Shown here in pieces: positions 52,730-64,000 of a DNA stretch of 64,000 bases. Every line of letters begins with the position of its first letter. Positions within the stretch are counted from its first letter, which is position 1. Under the pieces are notes generated by a model. That model worked only from the letters and a program-made list of their open reading frames with translations, made no database searches and was not told the origin of the DNA. Position numbers and translations under genes: made by a program. This DNA comes from Thermoanaerobaculia bacterium (GTDB taxonomy: Bacteria > Acidobacteriota > Thermoanaerobaculia > Multivoradales > Multivoraceae): positions 2,496,001 through 2,560,000 of the forward strand of contig OY762911.1 in assembly GCA_963666565.1 (NCBI GenBank), written 5' to 3'.

Positions 52730-55178
52730 TTCGAGGTGGCCTCGCGGCCTGGCGTGGCCGGTCGCGCTCGCGGCCGTCCTGCTGCTTGCCGCGCCGGCGG
52801 CAGGCCAGATGCTGGTGGGCCGGCCGATCGCGTCCGTCGAGTACGCGGGCGTCGAGACCCTGAGCGAGGAGAGTCTCAACTACTACCTGGACGTCGAGCC
52901 GGGCAAGCCCTGGGATCCGGGCCGCGTGAACGAGCGGATCCGGGAACTGTGGGAGCGCAAGCTGATCGACGACATCACGATCGGGGCCGAAGCGGAGGGG
53001 GACGGCGTCAAGGTCCTCGTGACCGTCGTCGAGAGGCCGCTGCTCGTGTCGCTCGAGTACGACGGCCTGAAGAAGGTGAAGCGCAGCGACATCGGCGACA
53101 TGACGGACCGCGAGCGGATCTCCGTCTACGAGGGCCTGCCGCTCGACCTGGGCGAACTGGCGCGGCTGGAACAGGCGATCAAGAAACTCTACGAAGAGCG
53201 GGGCTTCCGGTTCGCCGGCATCCACGTCGAGATCCAGGACGCCGGTCTCGGCGAGAAGCGGGTGCTGATCACCGTCGACGAGGGCGGCCGGGTCAAGATC
53301 GGCCAGGTCGACTTCGAGGGCAACGAGGTGTTCTCGCCCGGCCGGCTGCGCCGCCAGATGGAGAAGACGAAGAAGTCGAACCTGCTCACCCGGATCCGCA
53401 AGCGGGACGTGTTCAACTCGGCGACCGTCCAGGAGGACCTGGACAAGGTCAAGGACCTCTACCGCCGCTTCGGCTACAAGGACGTCGAGGTCGGCGATCC
53501 CGAACTCGACGTGATCGAGCGCAAGCCGAACGCCGAGCGCATCGAGGATCGCAAGCGGCAGTTGGCGCTGGTGGTGCCGATCGAGGAAGGGCCGCGCTGG
53601 AAGCTGGGCGAGGTGGACGTCGACGGCGCCGAGGTGCTGCCGGAGGAACTGCTGGTCCGGATGTTCAAGGACCCGAAGGGCGGCTGGCTGCGCTCGGACG
53701 TGATCGACGAGGGCATGGAGCAAATCCAGGAGCTCTACCGGAACAGCGGCTACATCTTCGCGGACGTGAAGATGGAGATCGTCGAGCAGGAGGACCTGGT
53801 GGCGGACATTCTCGTGACGGTCGAGGAGAACGACCAGTTCCGGATCGGACGGATGGAGTTCACCGGCAACGACCGGACGCGCGACCGGGTCCTGCGGCGG
53901 CAGATGCTGCTCAAGGAAGGCGACGTCTTCAACTCCGGCATGCTGCGCACCAGCCTGCTGCGGCTGAGCCAGCTCGAGTACTACGTGGTCAACGAGGACG
54001 AGCCGGTCGACGTCGACTACAAGACGGACGACAAGCAGGTCGACATCACCGTCAAGGGCACGGAGACCGGCCAGACCGAGGTCCAGTTCGGCGGCGGCTA
54101 CAGCGAACTGGACGGCTTCTTCGTCCAGTCGGCGTTGCGGACGCGCAACTTCCTGGGTCGGGGCGAGACGGTCGGCGTGTCGATCCAGACCGGCCGCTAC
54201 CGCGACATCTTCGACGTCTCCTACTACATGCCCTGGGTCAAGGACCGGCCCCAGAACTTCGGGGTCCAGCTCTTCAATCGGGACACGGACTTCGACCTCC
54301 TGATCGACCAGCGCTACCGGAGCAAGGAGGCCGGCGGCGTCATCACCTTCGGCCGGAACTTCCGCCGCTGGGAGATGATCCAGATGTCCTACAGCAACAT
54401 GGACATCGAGAGCTACCAGTCGCAGACCTTCTACTTCTTCGACAACCCGGAAGTGACGGAGGGCGACCCGTCGAGCGACACCTTCGAGCAGGCGTTCCAG
54501 TTCAACCGCCGCTCGGTCACCGCGACCTACCAGTACGACAGCCACAACAGCCGCCTCGAACCGACCCAGGGCAAGCGCCTGGTCGCGTCCCTCGAGTACG
54601 CGGGCGGACCGCTGGGCGGCGAGTCCTACTTCATCCGGCCGTCGCTGACCGCGGCGATCACCGTGCCGCTCTCGAGCCGCGGCTTGCGGACGGTGGGGCG
54701 GGCCAACCTCCAGCTCGGCTACATCGAGCCGTTCGGCGAGGACGACGCCGGCAACCTGCGCCGCCTGTTCTTCCTCGACCGCTACCTGCTGGGCGGCGAG
54801 AACAGCCTGCGCGGCTTCGCCTTCCGGTCGATCTGGGTCCGCGATCCGGAGACCGGCCGCACCGTCCTCGACGAGAACGGCTTCCCCCAGGGCGGCAACA
54901 AGAGCGTCGTGTTCAACCTGGAGCACCACACCCTCGTCAACGGTCCCTTCCGCGTCGTGGCGTTCTTCGACGCCGGCAACGTCTACGGCGACGACCAGGA
55001 CGTCGACTTCGATCACATGCGGATGTCGGCCGGGATCGAGCTGCGGGTCAACGTGCCCATCCTTGGAGCCCCGCTCCGTTTCATCTACGCTACGAACCTC
55101 AATCCGCTGGACGACCTCGGCGGTTACGACCGCGAACGCTTCGACAGCTTCGACTTCAGCATCGGCACCAGCTTCTGA
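52716..55178 (+). CDS. bamA: Outer membrane protein assembly factor BamA
   Basis: Signal peptide, POTRA repeats, NFLGRG, LRGF motif, C-terminal FSIGTSF; AGGAGG before TTG 52716. Confidence 0.95.
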
Positions 55179-55201
55179 CGCCTAAACGGAGAACCACGAA
55201 G

Positions 55202-55753
55202 ATGAACCTCAAGACCCCTGGATTCCGCGTCGCCGCGGCGACCGCCGCGCTCGCCGCCGGCGTCCTCCTGGCCGGGCCGGCCCTGGCCCAGAGCAAGATC
55301 GCCGTGGTGGAGGTCGAGCGCCTGCTGCAGGAGTCGGCGCGCGGGCAGATCGCGGTTCAGGAACTCACCCGCCTCCGGGACGAGAAGCAGGCGGAACTGG
55401 CGAACCGGCAGGAGCAACTGGCGGCGCTGCAGAAGCAGTACAACGACGGCCGGCTCACGCTGGCCGAAGACCGGCTGGCCGAGATGGAGAAGCAGCTCGA
55501 GGACAGGACGATCGACCTGCGCCGCGCCCAGGACGACGCGAACCGCGAGATGCAGAAGGTGCAGGGCGAGAGGTTCGGCGAGATCGAACAGGCGGTGCTG
55601 CCGATCATCTCCCAGGTCGGCCGGGAGTTCGGCTACACGGCGATCTTCAACAAGTTCCAGGGCGGCCTGCTGTTCGCCGCCGACGCCGCGGACATCACGA
55701 ACCTGATCATCGAGCGCTACAACGCCGCCTACCCGGCCACTCCCGCCGAGTAG
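55202..55753 (+). CDS. skp: OmpH/Skp periplasmic chaperone
   Basis: Signal peptide, KIAVVEVERLLQES, coiled coil, DITNLII; follows bamA. Confidence 0.92.
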   Translation: MNLKTPGFRVAAATAALAAGVLLAGPALAQSKIAVVEVERLLQESARGQIAVQELTRLRDEKQAELANRQEQLAALQKQYNDGRLTLAEDRLAEMEKQLEDRTIDLRRAQDDANREMQKVQGERFGEIEQAVLPIISQVGREFGYTAIFNKFQGGLLFAADAADITNLIIERYNAAYPATPAE

Positions 55754-55766
55754 CGCGGCAACCGTC

Positions 55767-55834
55767 GGTGCGCGGGCCCTCTGGCCCGCTGCCGCCGCGG
55801 GCGGCCCGGGGAGCGCGTCGGCCGTCAGGCCGAC
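55767..55834. repeat. REP-like family A copy with compensatory changes
   Basis: gcgggcc-ctct-ggcccgc, gccgcc-gcg-ggcggc, gtcggcc-gtca-ggccgac. Confidence 0.8.
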
Positions 55835-55851
55835 TCCTCTCCGTTGCCGCG

Positions 55852-57237
55852 CTACTCCGCGTTGCGGATGCTGTAGAGCTTCGACCGGGTGCGAATCAGC
55901 AGCCGGTCGCCCGCGACCGCCGGCGACGCCATCGCCATCTCGTCGAGGCTGTTCACGTGGAGCACCTCGTACTCCGGGCCGGCGCGGATCACGTAGGTGT
56001 CGCCCTGCTCGCTCAGCGCGAATACGCGGTCGTTGTAGGCCCACGGCGATGAGGTGAAGCTGGCGCCGCCGCGGGGCGCCACGCGCTTCCGGCCGTAGAC
56101 CGGCTCGCCGTTCAGCGCGTCGTACGCCTCGAAGAAGCCGCGGTCCAGCAGGCTGTAGTAGACGCCCTTGTAGACCAGCGGCGACGTGTTGTAGTTGCCG
56201 GCCTTGGGCTGGTGCCAGGCGACGAACTCGCTTTCCGTCGCCTCGCCTTCCAGGGTGATGTCGCCCAGCGCGCCCGGACGGATGGCGAAGACCGGCCGCC
56301 GCTGGTCCTGGAAGTAGCCGGAGTTGACGTAGACCATGTCGTGCGCGGCGAACGGCGTGGCGATGGCCGCCCAGGACATGCGACCGTCCATCTCCCACAG
56401 CAGTTCGCCGTCCAGCCCGTAGGAGCGGATGCGGTTCTTGCCGCTGGTGACGATCTCGGTCCGGGCCTCGTTCTCCCAGACGAACGGCGTGGCCCAGCTC
56501 GACACCTCTTCGCGGCCGGTGCGCCAGCGCTCCTCGCCGGTGCGCTTGTCGAGGGCCGCGATCCAGGACTCCTCCTCGTTGTCGTAGAGGACGATCAGCA
56601 GGTCGCCGTGCAGCACGGGCGACGAGGCGGAGCCGTAGTCCCACATCGTCGGCCGGTACGGCGTGTCGAAGCTCCACACCGGCTCGCCCTCCATCGTGAA
56701 GGCGTACACGCCGAGGTCGCCGAAGCGCGCGTACACGCGCTCGCCGTCCGTGGTCGGGGTCTCGGAGGCGTAGGTCTGCTTCTGGTGGCGCGGGAACTCG
56801 GGGACGCCGGCCTTGACCGAGCGCTCCCACAGCACCTCGCCGGTCGCCGCGTCCAGGCAGTAGACGCGCCAGTCGTGCTCAGCCTGCGGCGGTTCGCTGC
56901 GCCCGCGGGCGGCGTAGAGGCCGGCCTGGGGGCGCTCGAACTCGCCTTCCGAGACCGCCGTCGTCAGGAACACCCGATCGCCCCAGACGATCGGACTGGA
57001 CCAGCCGAGACCGGGGATCTCGACGACCCACTCGACGTTCTCCGTCTGGCTCCAGCGGTCCGGCAGGGTCGGGTTGTCCTCGACCGCCGGGTTCATCCCG
57101 GGGCCGCGGAACTGGGGCCAGTTGTCGGCCGCGGGCGCGGCGGCGGCCGAGAGGACGAAGCAGGCGATGGCCGCGAGGCCGATGGCGGCCCGGCGGTCGG
57201 AGTGGCGACGGCGTCGGAGGGGCGTTGCTCTGTTCAT
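55852..57237 (-). CDS. PQQ-binding-like beta-propeller protein
   Basis: Signal peptide, NWPQFRGP, GWSSPIVWGDRVF, TGEVLW/TGEERW; GGAGG ribosome-binding site. Confidence 0.88.
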   Translation of the reverse strand: MNRATPLRRRRHSDRRAAIGLAAIACFVLSAAAAPAADNWPQFRGPGMNPAVEDNPTLPDRWSQTENVEWVVEIPGLGWSSPIVWGDRVFLTTAVSEGEFERPQAGLYAARGRSEPPQAEHDWRVYCLDAATGEVLWERSVKAGVPEFPRHQKQTYASETPTTDGERVYARFGDLGVYAFTMEGEPVWSFDTPYRPTMWDYGSASSPVLHGDLLIVLYDNEEESWIAALDKRTGEERWRTGREEVSSWATPFVWENEARTEIVTSGKNRIRSYGLDGELLWEMDGRMSWAAIATPFAAHDMVYVNSGYFQDQRRPVFAIRPGALGDITLEGEATESEFVAWHQPKAGNYNTSPLVYKGVYYSLLDRGFFEAYDALNGEPVYGRKRVAPRGGASFTSSPWAYNDRVFALSEQGDTYVIRAGPEYEVLHVNSLDEMAMASPAVAGDRLLIRTRSKLYSIRNAE

Positions 57238-57340
57238 CGAGATCGGACCTCCCGGTCTGAGTAGGGGGCGTTCGGCTGCGGGTCGTTGCGCATCGTATCC
57301 GCTCCGCCGGCGGCGCCCGGGGTTCCGGTAGGCTCGCTTC

Positions 57341-58432
57341 GTGACCCACCGCCTCGCCGATCTTGCCGCAATGGTCGGCGCCGACCTCGTGGGCGACGCG
57401 GACCGGCCGATCGACGGCATCGCCACACTGGAGGCCGCGGGGCCCGCGGATCTCTCCTTTCTGACGAATCCGCGGTACCGGGAGCAGGCGCTGGCTTCCG
57501 GCGCGGGCGCCCTGCTCGTTTCGCGGGACCTGTCCGCCGAGACGCTTGCCGGCCTCCGCGCCGACCTGGTGCTCTGCGACGACGCGTACCGGGCCCTGGC
57601 CGACCTGATGACGGCCCTGTTTCCCGTGCCCGAGGCGGATCCCGGCGTCCACCCGACGGCCTGCGTGGACGCTTCGGCCGAGGTCGACGCCAGCGCCCGG
57701 GTGGACGCCTTCGCCGTGGTGGGCGCCGGGTCGACCCTCGGTCCGGGGACGGCGGTCGGCGCCCACTGCGTGGTCGGCCGCGGCTGCAGCCTGGGCGCCG
57801 GCACGGTGCTCCATCCCCACGTCGTGGTCTACGACGGCGCCCGGGTCGGCAAGCGGGTAGTGGTTCACTCCGGCGTCGTGCTGGGCGCCGACGGCTTCGG
57901 CTACGCGGAGGGCGCGGAGGCCGCGTCCCAGGTCAAGCTGCCCCAGGTCGGCGTCGTCGTCATCGAGGACGACGTGGAGATCGGCGCCAACTCGGCGGTG
58001 GACCGGGCCACCTTCGACGCGACGACGATCGGGCGCGGAACGAAGATCGACAACCTGGTGCAGGTCGGCCACAACGCCCGGATCGGCCGGGGGTGCATCC
58101 TCTGCGGCCAGGCGGGAGTCTCCGGCAGCAGCCGCATCGGCGACCGGGTGCTGCTGGCGGGACAGGCGGGCGTCGCCGGCCACTTCCGGATCGGCGACGG
58201 GGTCCAGGTGGCGGCCAAGTCGGCGGTGTTCCAGGAGGTGGAGGACGGCCGGCAGGTCGCGGGGATCCCGGCCGTGCCGATCGCTTCCTGGCGCCGGCGG
58301 AACGCGCTACAGTCCCGCCTGCCGGCGATGCGCAGCGCCCTTCGCGGTCTCGAGCGCCGTGTCAGCGAACTCGAGGCGGAGGCGAAGGCCGGCGCCGAGG
58401 ACCCGGCGGCGGGCGGCGGAGACGAGACGTGA
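57341..58432 (+). CDS. lpxD: UDP-3-O-acylglucosamine N-acyltransferase
   Basis: LSFLTNPRY, hexapeptide repeats, [18 protein letters not shown]. Confidence 0.97.
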   Translation: MTHRLADLAAMVGADLVGDADRPIDGIATLEAAGPADLSFLTNPRYREQALASGAGALLVSRDLSAETLAGLRADLVLCDDAYRALADLMTALFPVPEADPGVHPTACVDASAEVDASARVDAFAVVGAGSTLGPGTAVGAHCVVGRGCSLGAGTVLHPHVVVYDGARVGKRVVVHSGVVLGADGFGYAEGAEAASQVKLPQVGVVVIEDDVEIGANSAVDRATFDATTIGRGTKIDNLVQVGHNARIGRGCILCGQAGVSGSSRIGDRVLLAGQAGVAGHFRIGDGVQVAAKSAVFQEVEDGRQVAGIPAVPIASWRRRNALQSRLPAMRSALRGLERRVSELEAEAKAGAEDPAAGGGDET

Positions 58433-58908
58433 GCAGCGAGGAACAGGGAACCGGCGGCGCGGGCGGGGCGCTCGGGCCGTTCGACGCGCGCTGGATAGAG
58501 AGCGTGCTACCGCACCGCTACCCGATCCTCCTGGTGGACCGGGTGCTGGAACTCGTGCCGGGACAGCGGGTCGTTGCGATCAAGAACGTGACCCGCAACG
58601 AGCCGTTCTTCGACGGCCACTTCCCGGGCAACCCGATCATGCCGGGGGTTCTGGTCATCGAGGCGATGGCGCAGGCGGCGGGCCTGCTGCTGCTGCACGA
58701 GATCGAGGACCGGGACCGGCGGATTCTCTTCTTCTCCGGCATCGAGAAGGCACGCTTCCGGCGCCCGGTCGTCCCCGGCGACCGGATCCGGATGGAAGTC
58801 GAGTCGCTCCGCCTGCGCACCGTCCACTCCCGCTTCCGGGGCCGCGCCACGGTCGACGGCGAACTGGCGGTGGAGGCCGTCTGCACGTCCACCATGGTGA
58901 CGCCCTGA
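58429..58908 (+). CDS. fabZ: 3-hydroxyacyl-ACP dehydratase
   Basis: [34 protein letters not shown]. Confidence 0.97.
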   Translation: MSSEEQGTGGAGGALGPFDARWIESVLPHRYPILLVDRVLELVPGQRVVAIKNVTRNEPFFDGHFPGNPIMPGVLVIEAMAQAAGLLLLHEIEDRDRRILFFSGIEKARFRRPVVPGDRIRMEVESLRLRTVHSRFRGRATVDGELAVEAVCTSTMVTP

Positions 58909-58933
58909 AGAGCCGCGGACCGCGGCGCGCGCC

Positions 58934-59746
<813 letters not shown>

Positions 59747-59760
59747 GGCGGCAGAGGGCC

Positions 59761-60801
59761 GTGTCGCGCCGGGAGCGCTCAGGCGCACACGCAGCGGGCC
59801 GCGACGCCCGGACCGGCGCGGACTTGCGGGCGGGCGTCGTCGGCGCGGGCGCGATGGGCCGGCATCACGTCCGCCTCCTGGCGGACCTGGTGGGCCCCGG
59901 GTCGGTGGTCGTGGCCGACGTGAACGCGGCTCGGGCGGAGGGTCTCGCGGCGGAGCACGGCGCGGGCGTCGTGGCCGGAGTCGCCGAGACGATCGACGCC
60001 GTCGACGTCGCGGTGGTCGCGGTGCCGACGGTCGATCACCTGGAGGTGGCGGGACGGTTGATCGAAGCCGGCGTCCACGTGCTGGTGGAGAAGCCGGTCG
60101 CCGCGGATCTCGAGGAGGCGGACGCCCTGATCGCGGCGGCCGCGTCGCGGGGCGCGGTGCTGGCGGTCGGGCATGTCGAGTTCTACAATCCCGCCGTCCA
60201 GGAGGTGCTGGCGCTGGGGCTCGCGCCCCGGTTCATCGAAGTCGAACGGATGTCCCCGTTCAGTCCGCGCAGCCTGGACGTCGACGTCGTGCTCGACCTG
60301 ATGATCCACGACCTGCAGATTCTCCACGCCCTCGACCCGAGCCCGGTGCGGGAAGTGCGGGCGGTCGGCATCGACGTCCTGTCGGACCGGGTCGACATCG
60401 CCGACGCGCGGATCGAACTCGAATCCGGGTGCGTGGCGAACCTGACCGCGTCCCGGGTGTCGGCCGAACGGGTGCGGCAGTTGCGGGTCTTCTTCGAGGA
60501 CCGCTACTTCTCGCTCGACTACCAGGAGCAGACGGTGCGCGGCGCGCGGCGGGTGCGCGGCGCGGAGGCCGGCGGCGGGGAGACTGGGGGCGCGGCCGCG
60601 ATGGCGGCCGGCGGGCCGGCGGGCCGGATCGTGCCGGCCGACCTCGAGATCGAACGCGGCGAGCCGCTGCGGCTCGAACTGGAGGCGTTTCTCGACCGCT
60701 GCGCCGGCGGCGCGGCCCCGTTCGTCGACGGCGCGGCCGGCCGGCGGGCGCTGGAGACGGCGCTGCTGGTCAACTCGACGATCGCCGGGGGCGCGGCGTG
60801 A
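59761..60801 (+). CDS. Gfo/Idh/MocA oxidoreductase (GnnA-like)
   Basis: GAGAMGRHH, VEKP, GHVEFYNP, DLMIHD, ANLTASRVS; directly after lpxA; start uncertain. Confidence 0.88.
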   Translation: MSRRERSGAHAAGRDARTGADLRAGVVGAGAMGRHHVRLLADLVGPGSVVVADVNAARAEGLAAEHGAGVVAGVAETIDAVDVAVVAVPTVDHLEVAGRLIEAGVHVLVEKPVAADLEEADALIAAAASRGAVLAVGHVEFYNPAVQEVLALGLAPRFIEVERMSPFSPRSLDVDVVLDLMIHDLQILHALDPSPVREVRAVGIDVLSDRVDIADARIELESGCVANLTASRVSAERVRQLRVFFEDRYFSLDYQEQTVRGARRVRGAEAGGGETGGAAAMAAGGPAGRIVPADLEIERGEPLRLELEAFLDRCAGGAAPFVDGAAGRRALETALLVNSTIAGGAA

Positions 60802-61694
60802 GCGCGGACGCCTGGCCGATCGGGATCGTCGGCGGCTCCGGCCTCTACGGCATGGAGGCGCTGCGGGTTCACGAGGAACGAGCCGTCGAGACGCCGTTCG
60901 GCAACCCCTCCGAGGTCTTCGTCCTGGGGGAACTGGCGGGCCGGCGCGTCGCTTTCCTGGCCCGGCACGGCCGCGGCCACCGCATCCTGCCCAGCGAGCT
61001 GAACTTCCGCGCCAACGTCTACGCCTTCAAGACGCTCGGGGTGGAGCGGCTGATCTCCCTGTCCGCGGTCGGGTCGCTGCGTCGGCGCTACGAGCCGACC
61101 CACATCGTCGTGCCGGACCAGTTCATCGACCGCACGCGGCATCGGCCCGACACCTTCTTCGGCGGGGGGCTGGCGGCCCACGTCGCGTTCGCCGATCCGA
61201 TCTGTCCGGTTCTGATGGAGGTCTGCGCGGAGCAGTCGGCGGCGGCGGGGGCGACGGTGCATCGCGGCGGAACCTACGTCTGCATGGAGGGGCCCCAGTT
61301 CTCCACCCGCGCCGAGTCCTTCATGCACAGGGGCTGGGGCGCGGACGTGATCGGAATGACGAACCTGCAGGAGGCGAAGCTCGCCCGCGAAGCGGAGATC
61401 TGCTACGCGACGCTGGCTCTCGTCACGGACTACGACTGCTGGCACGAGGAAGAAGAGGACGTGACGGTCGACGCGGTCCTCGCCGTCCTGCGGCGGAACG
61501 CGCGCACCGCTCAGGCGGCGGTGGCCCGGATCGTGGCGGCGCTGCCGGACGGGCGCCGGCCCGGGGCGTGTCCCTGCGTCGATGCCCTGGAGCACGCGTT
61601 GATCACCGATCCGGCGGCGGTGCCGGCCTCCGTGAAGCGCGATCTGGCGCCGATCGTCGGCCGCCTGCTGGGCGACGGCGGCGGGGACGCCTGA
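60798..61694 (+). CDS. mtnP: S-methyl-5'-thioadenosine phosphorylase
   Basis: GIVGGSG, RHGRGH, EGPQFSTRAES, IGMT, VTDYDCW. Confidence 0.95.
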   Translation: MSADAWPIGIVGGSGLYGMEALRVHEERAVETPFGNPSEVFVLGELAGRRVAFLARHGRGHRILPSELNFRANVYAFKTLGVERLISLSAVGSLRRRYEPTHIVVPDQFIDRTRHRPDTFFGGGLAAHVAFADPICPVLMEVCAEQSAAAGATVHRGGTYVCMEGPQFSTRAESFMHRGWGADVIGMTNLQEAKLAREAEICYATLALVTDYDCWHEEEEDVTVDAVLAVLRRNARTAQAAVARIVAALPDGRRPGACPCVDALEHALITDPAAVPASVKRDLAPIVGRLLGDGGGDA

Positions 61695-61729
61695 GCGGCG
61701 AACGGAACGTGCGGAAAGGAACCGAGCCG

Positions 61730-62509
61730 ATGAGCGCCGCCAGACTGCTGCTGACCAACGACGACGGCGTGGACGCGCCGGGCCTGCGCTGTCTGGCGGC
61801 CGCCCTCGACGGGGCGTCGACCTCCAGGGGGCCGATCTCCTACCGGGTGGCGGCGCCGCAGTACGAGCAGAGCGGTTGCAGCCAGGCGCTCACGCTCTTC
61901 CGGCCGCTCCGCGCGAAGCAGGTGCGGGAAGGCTGGTTCGCGGTGGACGGCACGCCCTCGGACTGCGTCAACGTGGCGGTCCACTCGCTGCTGGACGAAC
62001 CGCCCGACCTGCTCGTCTCCGGCGTGAACATGGGCGTCAACCTGGGCGACGACGTGACCCACAGCGGCACCGTCGGCGCCGCGCTGGAGGGACGGCTGCT
62101 CGGCCTGCCGGCGGTCGCCTTCTCGCAGGAGTACCGCAAGGCGCGGCGCGCCGACATGGAGCGCGCCGCGGCGTTGGCGGCCCGCGCGATCGTCTCGCTG
62201 GTGGAGCAGGGCATTCCCGAGCGCCTGCTGCTGAACGTGAACTTCCCGTTCGACCCGCCGCGCGGCGTCAAGGTGGCGCGGCTCGGGCGGCGGCCCTACC
62301 GGAACACGATCGTCCAACAGGCCGACCCGCGCGGCGGGACGATGTACTGGATCGTCGGCAAGCCGGACCCGGAGCGCCTGCACGACACGGACGCGGCGGC
62401 GATCCGGGACGGCTACGTATCCATCACGCCGCTCACCGCCGACCTGACCGACCGCGACGCGATGGGCGAGGACGCGGTTCTGCCGCGGCTCGCGGGAGCG
62501 CTGACTTGA
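61730..62509 (+). CDS. surE: 5'/3'-nucleotidase SurE
   Basis: [32 protein letters not shown]. Confidence 0.96.
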   Translation: MSAARLLLTNDDGVDAPGLRCLAAALDGASTSRGPISYRVAAPQYEQSGCSQALTLFRPLRAKQVREGWFAVDGTPSDCVNVAVHSLLDEPPDLLVSGVNMGVNLGDDVTHSGTVGAALEGRLLGLPAVAFSQEYRKARRADMERAAALAARAIVSLVEQGIPERLLLNVNFPFDPPRGVKVARLGRRPYRNTIVQQADPRGGTMYWIVGKPDPERLHDTDAAAIRDGYVSITPLTADLTDRDAMGEDAVLPRLAGALT

Positions 62510-63195
62510 CGGCGCAGGCGGCGGCGCCGGACGCCGGCTACCGCTACGCCCGCCGCCGCATGGTGACCCAGATCGTCGAGCGGGGCGGCGTACGCGACGA
62601 GCGCGTGATCGCCGCCCTGGAGCGGGTGCCGCGCCACCTGTTCGTGCCCGAACACCTGGTGAACGACGCCTACGGCGACCGCGCGCTGCCGATCGGATGC
62701 GAGCAGACGATCTCCCAGCCCTACGTCGTGGCGCGGATGACGGAGGACCTGAAGGTGGGGGCGGAAGACTCGGTGCTGGAGATCGGCACCGGCTCCGGCT
62801 ACCAGACGGCGCTGCTGGCGCTGCTGGCGCGCCGCGTGTACAGCATCGAGCGCGTGGGCCAGTTGGCGCGGGAGGCGATCGGCCGGATCCAGGCTCTCGA
62901 ACTGCCGAACGTCAAGGTCCAGGTCTTCGACGGTACGGTGGGCTGGAGCGCCGAGGCCCCGTTCGACCGGATTCTGGTGGCCGCCGCCGCACCGCGGGTT
63001 CCGGAGTCGCTCCTCGAGCAACTGGCGCCGGGCGGCCGGCTTCTCGTTCCGGAGGGCGACCGCCACGACCAGCGCCTCGTCGCCTACCAGAAGTACAACG
63101 ACGGAACGGTCGCCCGCCAAGTCGGCGAAGCGGTGCGCTTCGTGCCGCTGATCGGCCGTCACGGCTGGAAGACGAAGGTGGAGGCGGCATCTTGA
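62506..63195 (+). CDS. pcm: Protein-L-isoaspartate O-methyltransferase
   Basis: [36 protein letters not shown]. Confidence 0.96.
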   Translation: MTAQAAAPDAGYRYARRRMVTQIVERGGVRDERVIAALERVPRHLFVPEHLVNDAYGDRALPIGCEQTISQPYVVARMTEDLKVGAEDSVLEIGTGSGYQTALLALLARRVYSIERVGQLAREAIGRIQALELPNVKVQVFDGTVGWSAEAPFDRILVAAAAPRVPESLLEQLAPGGRLLVPEGDRHDQRLVAYQKYNDGTVARQVGEAVRFVPLIGRHGWKTKVEAAS

Positions 63196-63734
63196 CGGCG
63201 GCGGCCGAGGCGGCGGCGAAGCGGCTGAAGGACCGGATCCGGGAGATCCCGGACTTCCCGAAGCCGGGCATCCTCTACAAGGACATCACGACGCTGCTCA
63301 AGGACCCGGCGGCGCTGCGGGACGCCGCCGACCTCTTGGCGGAGCGGTTCGCCGGCCGGCGCATCGACCAGGTCGTGGGCATCGAGGCACGCGGCTTCAT
63401 CTTCGCTCCGCTCGTGGCCTGCCGGCTGAACGCGGGGTTCGTGCCGGTGCGCAAGCCCGGCAAGCTGCCGGCCGAGACGGCCTCGCGCAGCTACGAGCTG
63501 GAGTACGGCCACGACACCCTGGAAATTCACCTCGACGGCATCGGCGCCGGCGACCGCGTCGCCCTGGTCGACGACCTGCTGGCCACGGGCGGCACCGCGA
63601 AGGCGGCGGCGGATCTGATCGAGTCCGTCGGCGGGACCGTCGACGCGATCGGCTTCGTCGTCGAACTCACCTACCTGGACGGCCGCCGCCGCCTCGACGG
63701 CTTCGACGTGGTTGAATCGCTGGTCCGTTACTGA
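63192..63734 (+). CDS. apt: Adenine phosphoribosyltransferase
   Basis: [36 protein letters not shown]. Confidence 0.97.
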   Translation: MTAAAEAAAKRLKDRIREIPDFPKPGILYKDITTLLKDPAALRDAADLLAERFAGRRIDQVVGIEARGFIFAPLVACRLNAGFVPVRKPGKLPAETASRSYELEYGHDTLEIHLDGIGAGDRVALVDDLLATGGTAKAAADLIESVGGTVDAIGFVVELTYLDGRRRLDGFDVVESLVRY

Positions 63735-63795
63735 GATCCTTCGACGGACCGCGCCGGCGACTGCCTCGCGGCAACCGTGTCGGACAGATGCGAGC

Positions 63796-63872
63796 GCGCC
63801 TGTAGCTCAGGTGGATAGAGCGGCGGATTCCTAATCCGCAGGTCGGAGGTTCGAGTCCTCCCAGGCGCACCA
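63796..63872 (+). tRNA. tRNA-Arg(CCT)
   Basis: Acceptor stem GCGCCTG/CAGGCGC, anticodon arm GCGGA-TTCCTAA-TCCGC, GGTTCGAGTCC T-arm, encoded CCA. Confidence 0.97.
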
Positions 63873-63882
63873 CAACCCGCGT

Positions 63883-64000
63883 CTACTCCTCGATCTCCCG
63901 CTTCGGGGCGTCCTCTGCCTCGTCCCCTTCGGGCCCCTTCAGGCCTTCCTTGAAGTTCCGTATGCCGGTGCCCAGGCCGCCGGCGAGCTTCGGAATGCGG
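63883..64000 (-). CDS. tatA: Twin-arginine translocase TatA/E, 3' part (start outside window)
   Basis: RIPKLAGGLGTGIRNFKEGLKG amphipathic helix followed by an acidic tail. Confidence 0.85.
   Translation of the reverse strand, partial: RIPKLAGGLGTGIRNFKEGLKGPEGDEAEDAPKREIEE

Noticed and set aside
63796-63872. tRNA-Arg as an integration site for the 26.7-32 kb islet
   Set aside because: No integrase in the window and no duplicated tRNA 3' end noticed near the islet.

Overview
Very GC-rich bacterial chromosomal window. Gene order and content (lolE-lolD-clpC-bamA-skp, AddAB, PQQ-like propellers, sulfatase, Uma2) suggest Acidobacteriota, which is an inference. 1-12.8 kb (minus strand) is a transport operon running off the left edge: ABC ATPase, ABC-2 permease fused to a large M1-peptidase-like/golvesin-like region, RND adaptor, RND permease, and a second RND permease with a long C-terminal extension that looks like an ABC fusion. 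13-26.6 kb holds a frameshifted heme-c/copper-monooxygenase-like/EF-hand gene, sulfatase, tandem NTF2-like protein, cupin, propeller protein and addB-addA. 26.7-32.1 kb is an accessory islet with an orphan promoter-to-hairpin unit, a complete ISL3 element (8-bp target duplication) inside an AAA ATPase pseudogene, an HTH protein and two PD-(D/E)XK nucleases. The rest is mostly housekeeping (hisS, aspS, aroB, ftsY, ribD, ribE, lysS, PNP, hpt, lolE/D, clpC, bamA, skp, lpxD, fabZ, lpxA, mtnP, surE, pcm, apt, tRNA-Arg(CCT), tatA), with a small decayed islet at 42.9-45 kb. The most striking unannotated signal is two families of short multi-hairpin repeats with compensatory base changes. They sit at accessory-gene junctions, one is nested inside the other, and one copy lies in frame inside riboflavin synthase. 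In-frame tandem expansions are also widespread in otherwise conserved proteins. All calls come from reading the sequence and motifs; no searches were run.
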